A stretch of 64,000 nucleotides of DNA, taken from Patescibacteria group bacterium (GTDB taxonomy: Bacteria > Patescibacteriota > UBA1384 > JACPKC01). The notes beneath the pieces are model-generated. The model did not search any database. It worked only from the letters and a program-made list of their open reading frames with translations, and had not been told where the DNA came from. A program made the position numbers and the translations under genes. This document shows, piece after piece, positions 58,415 through 64,000 of this stretch; position 1 is the first letter of the stretch, and every line of letters starts with the position of its first letter. The stretch lies in NCBI GenBank assembly GCA_050944875.1, contig JBMNRW010000001.1, positions 12,526-76,525 on the forward strand. The letters are read 5' to 3'.

Positions 58415-59077
58415 ATGACTCCGCTCCGTGTGGTCTTCAACTGGGACAGCACGCTCGTCACGATCGAAGGGTCCGCCGCACTCGCTGAGCACAAGGGCAT
58501 TGACGGCGTTGCCGAGCTCACGAACCAGGCGATGAACGGCGAGGCGTCGATCCAAGACGTGTTCCGCCAGCGCTTCGCGCTCCTTCGGCCGACGCTCAAA
58601 GATTTGGAGTGGCTCGCGGGCACGTACGTGGCGCATACGACGCCCGGCGCCCGTGAGATCGTGGCGCACCTGACTGAAGCGGGTCACCAGGTGTACGTCG
58701 TTTCAGCGGCGTACCGGACCGCCATCTTGGAGCCGGCCAAGCAGCTCGGGATTCCTGCCCACCATATCTGCGCGGTGGACGTACTCTTCGACGAGCAGGG
58801 CGAGGCGCACTACGACGCGGAGAACGTGCTCGCGAGCGACGGCGGCATGGAGGTGGTGCTCGCCGAGATCGCAAAGGCTGGGCCGACGATCTACATCGGT
58901 GATTCCGTGCCGGATGCTCAGGCTGGCGGCGCCGTCGACCTCTTCATTGGCTTTGGCGGTGTCATACCGCGCGACGAGGTCGTTTCACTCTCGCCCATCT
59001 ACGTCCGTGAGCCGACGCTCATGGCGGTTGAGACGCACATCGAAGCGTTCGCTGGTGCGCCGGTTCCTGCGGCGTAA
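58415..59077 (+). CDS. HAD-IB hydrolase (phosphoserine-phosphatase-like).
   Basis: VVFNWDSTL (DxD-type motif I), a motif II Ser/Thr, GDSVPD motif IV and a gaggag RBS. Confidence 0.7.
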   Translation: MTPLRVVFNWDSTLVTIEGSAALAEHKGIDGVAELTNQAMNGEASIQDVFRQRFALLRPTLKDLEWLAGTYVAHTTPGAREIVAHLTEAGHQVYVVSAAYRTAILEPAKQLGIPAHHICAVDVLFDEQGEAHYDAENVLASDGGMEVVLAEIAKAGPTIYIGDSVPDAQAGGAVDLFIGFGGVIPRDEVVSLSPIYVREPTLMAVETHIEAFAGAPVPAA

Positions 59078-59155
59078 ACCGCGACTTGTCCCTCGGCTTG
59101 GCCGGCTGGTACGATACCCGCAAGCACCGCTCGGAGGGGAGTAGGAGGAGTTTTC

Positions 59156-60241
59156 GTGGCCGCACTCGATACCGTCCAGCAGCTCGTCGACCTGCATGAC
59201 CGAGAGAACATGCTCCAGTCGATCCGGGATTTCCCGGACCAGATCGTCGACGCGTGGGAGCGATTCACCACGTTCGTCTTGCCGACGCACTACATCCAGG
59301 TCAAGGAAGTCGTCATCCTTGGCGTTGGTTCGAGTGCGATGGCGGCGGTGATGGCCTCGCGGTTCGCCGCCGAGGACAGTCGGATCCCGGTGATCCTCCA
59401 CACGACCAATACCCTACCTGGCCACGTCGACGACCGGACGCTCGTCATCGCGCTGTCCTACACTGGGCAGACCGAGGAGGTTGTCACTGCGTTTCGCGAC
59501 GCGGCTCGCCGCGGGGCGAAGCTCCTCGGTATTTCAACCGGTGGTGAAGTCGGCGCGATCTGCCGCAAGCACCGGGCGCCGCACTTTCAGATCCAGTACG
59601 GCGCACAGCCCCGGGCCGCGTTCGGGTACCTGTTCGTGCCGCTCTTAGCGACGCTCCACCGGCTCGCCTTTATCTCGAAGACTGTCGAGCGCGACCTGTC
59701 CGAAGCAGTCGTGGCGCTCCACGAATTGCAGGCGATGGTCGAACTTACCGTGCCGACCGTCCAAAACCCGGCCAAGCAGCTCGCCGAGAAGCTCGCCGGC
59801 GCGTTCCCGGTCATCGTCTCGTCGCACCTCTTGGCACCCGTCGCGCTTCGTTGGAAGCAGCAGTGCAACCAGAACGCGAAACACTTCGCTGCGGTCGAGC
59901 AAGTGCCCAACCTCACCCACGCCGCGGCGGCCGGGCTCGACTACCCGAAAGCGATCCAGCCCAACCTGCTCTTCCTCTACCTGCGGAGCGGGCACGACAC
60001 TGCGCAGGAGTCGCTCCAGCAGAACCTGTTCCAGACCATTCTGCGCCAGAACAAGCTCGCGAGCGAGGAGCTGGTCGCGAAGCCGCAGGGTTCGCTCCTC
60101 ACCGAGTTCCTGGTCTTAACGCACTGGGCGGACTACGTGAGCTACTACCTCGCACTCACGAACGGAGTTGACCCGACGCCAGTACCGCATATCATGGCTC
60201 TAAGGGAGCAGGAGGCGGCGGCACAAGGATTGCTCCGTTAG
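59156..60241 (+). CDS. Bifunctional phosphoglucose/phosphomannose isomerase (double-SIS, archaeal-type PGI/PMI).
   Basis: GTG start with an aggagg RBS. Two SIS modules (VVILGVGSSAMAA...; FPVIVSSHLLAPVALRWKQQCNQNAKHFA) over about 360 aa. Confidence 0.65.
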   Translation: MAALDTVQQLVDLHDRENMLQSIRDFPDQIVDAWERFTTFVLPTHYIQVKEVVILGVGSSAMAAVMASRFAAEDSRIPVILHTTNTLPGHVDDRTLVIALSYTGQTEEVVTAFRDAARRGAKLLGISTGGEVGAICRKHRAPHFQIQYGAQPRAAFGYLFVPLLATLHRLAFISKTVERDLSEAVVALHELQAMVELTVPTVQNPAKQLAEKLAGAFPVIVSSHLLAPVALRWKQQCNQNAKHFAAVEQVPNLTHAAAAGLDYPKAIQPNLLFLYLRSGHDTAQESLQQNLFQTILRQNKLASEELVAKPQGSLLTEFLVLTHWADYVSYYLALTNGVDPTPVPHIMALREQEAAAQGLLR

Positions 60242-60260
60242 TGCGAACGAAGGAGGGGTA

Positions 60261-61466
60261 ATGAGCGCAATTCGAGCAGTCCGGGCGCGGACAATACTCG
60301 ACTCACGTGCCGGCTACACGCTCGAGGTTGATGTTCTCCTCGATGACGGGACGCTTGGGCGCGCAGCAGTGCCATCGGGCGCGAGCGCCGGCAGTCACGA
60401 GGCGGTGAAGCTCAGTGACACTACGCGGTCGGTGGCGAACGTGAAGACGGTCGGCGCGTTGCTCGTGGGCCATGACCCGGCGCAACAAGAAGCGATTGAC
60501 CGCATTCTCTTGGACGCGGACGGGACGGCGAACAAAGGTGAGCTCGGGGCGAACGTCTTACTCGCGCTGTCGCTCGCGAGCTGTGACGCTGCTGCACAGT
60601 CAGCAAAGACGCCGCTCTACGCCCATATCCACGCGCTGTCGGGTGGTACGGTAGCGCCGGCGCTGCCGACCCCCATGTTCAACGTGATTAACGGCGGGAA
60701 TCACGCGGATAATGCACTCGAGTTCCAGGAGTTCATGATCGTGCCGGCCCGTGATGAGCGGCCGTTCCACGAGAAGATGCGGCTTGGCGTCGCGCTCTTC
60801 CAGGAGCTTCGCCGCGTCCTTCAGGCTATGGGCCACTCGACCGCGGTCGGCGACGAAGGCGGGTTCGCGCCGCGCCTCAACTCGAACGAGGAAGCGATCG
60901 AGCTCCTTGTCCGCTCGTTCGAGGAGTCCCGGTTCCGGGCCAATGATGACGTGACAATCGCGTTGGACGTCGCAGCGAGCGCCATCCCCGACCTCGCACC
61001 GGTCATTTACCCGCACGACGTCTACTCGTACTACGCCAAGCTCGTCGACACCTACCCCATCTCGCTCATCGAGGATCCGCTCACCGAGGACGACTGGCAG
61101 GGTTGGACAAAGCTCACCGCCGCGCTTGGTTCACGTATCTCGATCGTCGGCGACGACCTCTTCACGACGAACCCAGCGCGCATCAAGCAAGGTATCGAAG
61201 TGAAGGCGGCGAACGGCCTGGTCGTGAAGCCGGACCAGATCGGGACGCTCACGGAGACACTGCAGGCGGTGCGACTCGCGCGGCAGGCAGGGATGTCCAT
61301 TGTGATCTCGCACCGGTCCGGTGAGACGGAATCGACGCTTATTGCCGACCTGGCTGTCGGTATTGGCGCCGAGTACATCAAGGCCGGCGCGCCTGCCCGC
61401 GGCGAGCGTGTCGCGAAGTACAACCAGCTGCTGCGCATCGAAGAGCTCATGCGCGAACAAGCCTGA
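60261..61466 (+). CDS. eno: Enolase, divergent second copy (401 aa).
   Basis: [63 protein letters not shown] and AKYNQLLRIEE. The catalytic set is conserved but the surface loops are shortened. Confidence 0.8.
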   Translation: MSAIRAVRARTILDSRAGYTLEVDVLLDDGTLGRAAVPSGASAGSHEAVKLSDTTRSVANVKTVGALLVGHDPAQQEAIDRILLDADGTANKGELGANVLLALSLASCDAAAQSAKTPLYAHIHALSGGTVAPALPTPMFNVINGGNHADNALEFQEFMIVPARDERPFHEKMRLGVALFQELRRVLQAMGHSTAVGDEGGFAPRLNSNEEAIELLVRSFEESRFRANDDVTIALDVAASAIPDLAPVIYPHDVYSYYAKLVDTYPISLIEDPLTEDDWQGWTKLTAALGSRISIVGDDLFTTNPARIKQGIEVKAANGLVVKPDQIGTLTETLQAVRLARQAGMSIVISHRSGETESTLIADLAVGIGAEYIKAGAPARGERVAKYNQLLRIEELMREQA

Positions 61467-61473
61467 GGTGGTT

Positions 61474-63042
61474 ATGCGCAAACTTCTCCTCGTTATCTTC
61501 GACGGCTTCGGCCTCTCCCCTGCTACGAAGGGCAATGCAATCGCGGCAGCGGCAACGCCCACCCTCGATCGCCTCGTGAGCGAGTACCCGTACCTCGCGC
61601 TCACCGCGCACGGGCCAGAGGTCGGGTTGCGCTGGGGCGAGATGGGCAACTCGGACGTCGGCCACGCCAACCTTGGCGCCGGCCGGGTTGTCCTGCAGGA
61701 CGCGACGCGTATCACGCAGGCAATGGAGACCGGTGGCTTTGCGGACAACGAGGCGATCAAGGCGGCGTGCGAAGCTGCCCGCCAGCCCGGCCGGACGCTC
61801 CACATCGTAGGGCTCATCTCGGCCGGTGGCGTCCACGGCCACCTTGACCACCTCTGTGCTATCCTCGACGTGGCGAAGAGCGCGCAGGTGCCCTCAGTCG
61901 CCGTGCACTGCATTACCGACGGCCGCGACAGTCAGCCGAAAGACGCCGCGACGAAAGTGAAGCGTGTCCAGGACGCCGCGATGAAAACCGGAGCCCAGAT
62001 CGCCACGGTCATGGGTCGGTACTACGCTATGGACCGCGATCGCCGTTGGGATCGCACGAAGCAGGCGTACGAGGCGCTCGTCCTCCGGGCCGGTACGCAG
62101 GCGCCGACGCTCGAGGCCGCACTCCAGGCGGCGTACGGCGCGAACCAGAGCGATGAGTTCATCGAGCCGGTTGTTATCGGTGACGCGCCGGCGGTGAAGC
62201 CGGGCGACGTCGTCCTGATCACAAACTACCGCGCCGACCGTATGCGCCAGCTCGTGGCTGCGCTCGTCCAGCCGGGATTCCAGGAGTTCACCCGCAACGA
62301 TCTCGGCGTATCGCTTACGACCTTCACGGACTACCAGGTTGAAGGCGTCGAGGCGCAGGTCGCGTTCCCGCGCGAAACCGTCGACGAGTACTTTGGTGCC
62401 TGTGTCGCGGCGGCGAAGCTCCGCCAGCTGCACATTGGCGAGACGGAGAAGTACGCGCACGTGACGTACTTCTTCAACGGTAGTCACGAGGAGCCGCTGC
62501 CGGGTGAGAAGCGCGTCCTCGTCAACTCGCCGAAAGTCGCCACGTACGACGAGACGCCAGCGATGTCGGCGCGGGAGATCACGGCCGCGGCGATTGATGC
62601 GTATCGGGCAGAGAGCTTCGACGTTCTTATCGTGAACTACGCGAACGGTGACATGGTCGGCCACACGGGCAACGTCGAGGCAACGACCCAGGCAGTCCAG
62701 GTGCTCGATGAGTGTCTCGGGCAGCTCGTCGCTGAGGTTGAGGCCAGGGGGGATATTCTCCTCCTCACTGCCGACCATGGGAACGCCGAGCAGCTCATTC
62801 ACCCGGATACGGGCGACATCGACAAAGAGCACACGGCGAATCCCGTGCCGTTCGTCCTTGTCGACCCGAAGCGACGGGAGGCTGGCCTCAAGGAAGACGC
62901 GAAACTCGTCTTTATAAGTACCGCACCGATCGGCATCCTCGCTGATGTCGCGCCAACGGCGCTCGACCTCCTTGGGATTCCGGTGCCGGACGTTATGACA
63001 GGCAAGAGCTTGGTTCGTGAATTCCGTAACCGCGTCTCGTAG
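61474..63042 (+). CDS. gpmI: 2,3-bisphosphoglycerate-independent phosphoglycerate mutase, copy 1.
   Basis: LVIFDGFGLS, MGNSDVGHANLGAGR (catalytic Ser), SAGGVHGH, GRYYAMDRDRRWDR, and a gaggtgg RBS. Confidence 0.85.
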   Translation: MRKLLLVIFDGFGLSPATKGNAIAAAATPTLDRLVSEYPYLALTAHGPEVGLRWGEMGNSDVGHANLGAGRVVLQDATRITQAMETGGFADNEAIKAACEAARQPGRTLHIVGLISAGGVHGHLDHLCAILDVAKSAQVPSVAVHCITDGRDSQPKDAATKVKRVQDAAMKTGAQIATVMGRYYAMDRDRRWDRTKQAYEALVLRAGTQAPTLEAALQAAYGANQSDEFIEPVVIGDAPAVKPGDVVLITNYRADRMRQLVAALVQPGFQEFTRNDLGVSLTTFTDYQVEGVEAQVAFPRETVDEYFGACVAAAKLRQLHIGETEKYAHVTYFFNGSHEEPLPGEKRVLVNSPKVATYDETPAMSAREITAAAIDAYRAESFDVLIVNYANGDMVGHTGNVEATTQAVQVLDECLGQLVAEVEARGDILLLTADHGNAEQLIHPDTGDIDKEHTANPVPFVLVDPKRREAGLKEDAKLVFISTAPIGILADVAPTALDLLGIPVPDVMTGKSLVREFRNRVS

Positions 63043-63062
63043 CTACACGGAAGGGGTACCGC

Positions 63063-64000
63063 ATGGCGAAACCAGCAGTCACTGACCTGCGGTCTGGGAC
63101 GGGTCCAGTCGTCCTCCTTATTCTTGACGGCTGGGGGTTGTCGCCGAGTTGGTCGGGGAACGCGATCGCGCTTAACGACCCGCCGACGTTTTCGTACCTC
63201 TGGAAGTACTACCCGCACGCCGTCCTTCAGGCGTTCCGCAAGGTCCCGGGCGTTACCAGTGCAGTCGGCTCGTCAGAGATCGGCCACGCGTCCATCGGAT
63301 CCGGCCGACTCATCGAACAGGACCTGGTCGAGATCAACCGGATGATCGACGACGGGCAGTTCTTCGCGAATCCAACGCTCATCGCTGCGTTCGATCAAGC
63401 CATGGCACAAGGGAAGGCTGTTCACCTGACCGGGCTCCTCTCTGACGGCGGCGTGCACGGCGACCACCGTCATGCCCATGCGCTCGTCCGGCTTGCGCGG
63501 CAACGCGGCGTGACGAAGCTCTGGCTCCACCCCATCCTGGACGGCCGCGATGTCGAGCTGCGTTCGGCGCACCGATACGTCGACGAGCTCGAACGCGTCC
63601 TCGCCGTCGAGGGGATTGGACGGATCGCGACGGTGGCCGGTCGGTACTACGCTATGGACAAAGGCGAGTACTGGGATCGGACTGCACTCACCTACGAGGG
63701 CATGGTGTTCGGCCATGGCCGACATTCCTCGAGCGCGCACGCTGCGGTTACCGAGGCGTACGACCAAGGCCTGGACGATGAGCACGTCAGACCGACGGTC
63801 CTCGCGCCAACCGGAACGCTAGCGCCTGGCGACGTCGTCGTTCACTGGAACTTCCGCGCAGACCGCGGTCGCCAGCTCGTTCAGGCGCTCATGGACCGGT
63901 CGGCTTTTCGTGCGTTTCCGTTCCGGCGGCGCTACCCACTCGCCGGCGTCAGCGTTGTCACGCTTACCGACTACCACCTCGAGCTCCCGCAGTGCCAAGT
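63063..64000 (+). CDS. gpmI: 2,3-bisphosphoglycerate-independent phosphoglycerate mutase paralog, copy 2; partial, runs off the window end.
   Basis: It is absent from the ORF track because there is no stop. The ATG at 63063 gives VVLLILDGWGLS...VGSSEIGHASIGSGR...SDGGVHGDHRH...GRYYAMDKGEYWDR. Confidence 0.8.
   Translation, partial: MAKPAVTDLRSGTGPVVLLILDGWGLSPSWSGNAIALNDPPTFSYLWKYYPHAVLQAFRKVPGVTSAVGSSEIGHASIGSGRLIEQDLVEINRMIDDGQFFANPTLIAAFDQAMAQGKAVHLTGLLSDGGVHGDHRHAHALVRLARQRGVTKLWLHPILDGRDVELRSAHRYVDELERVLAVEGIGRIATVAGRYYAMDKGEYWDRTALTYEGMVFGHGRHSSSAHAAVTEAYDQGLDDEHVRPTVLAPTGTLAPGDVVVHWNFRADRGRQLVQALMDRSAFRAFPFRRRYPLAGVSVVTLTDYHLELPQCQ

Overview
This is a 64 kb window of high-GC (about 62%) chromosome, apparently from a monoderm-type bacterium: RBSs are strong aggagg-type, and it carries sortases, a CHAP hydrolase, LytR_C, DUF3048 and YqeG. 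Most genes are housekeeping and are densely packed on the minus strand.

- **Left part (1-21000):** nrdJ (partial) and nrdR with tandem NrdR boxes; ftsA-ftsZ; ybeY, yqeY, rpsU, HIT, rarA; cell-wall enzymes.
- **SOS region (20500-26600):** lexA and a Y-family polymerase operon share a conserved 26-32 nt upstream motif. That motif also precedes a divergent three-gene operon of uncharacterised proteins (22859-26622).
- **Central part (26700-43000):** trmH, hisS, a C-terminally truncated rel, clpC, nusA, tagA, ppiB, dtd, xseAB, a Nudix hydrolase, a GT4 glycosyltransferase, mreB and murA.
- **Accessory-looking cluster (43369-50063):** two sortases and an S8 subtilase flank three secreted tandem-repeat proteins of an unrecognised repeat family (N-x-TGA-D/G-S-x-N...NTTVGDVSTGDV). 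This is the strongest candidate for an undescribed system.
- **Right part (50100-64000):** tRNA-Leu, dus, typA, enolase-gpmA, a GH1 hydrolase, tsaC, tRNA-Ala, then a second glycolytic block (PGI/PMI, enolase-2, gpmI, and a second gpmI running off the window end).

Other points of note: an in-frame amber stop splitting an MFS transporter, a low-GC pseudogene island, a candidate structured 5' leader RNA, several small unannotated ORFs, and dispersed TGTGGATAA (DnaA-box-like) sites. No CRISPR arrays, transposases or integrases were found.
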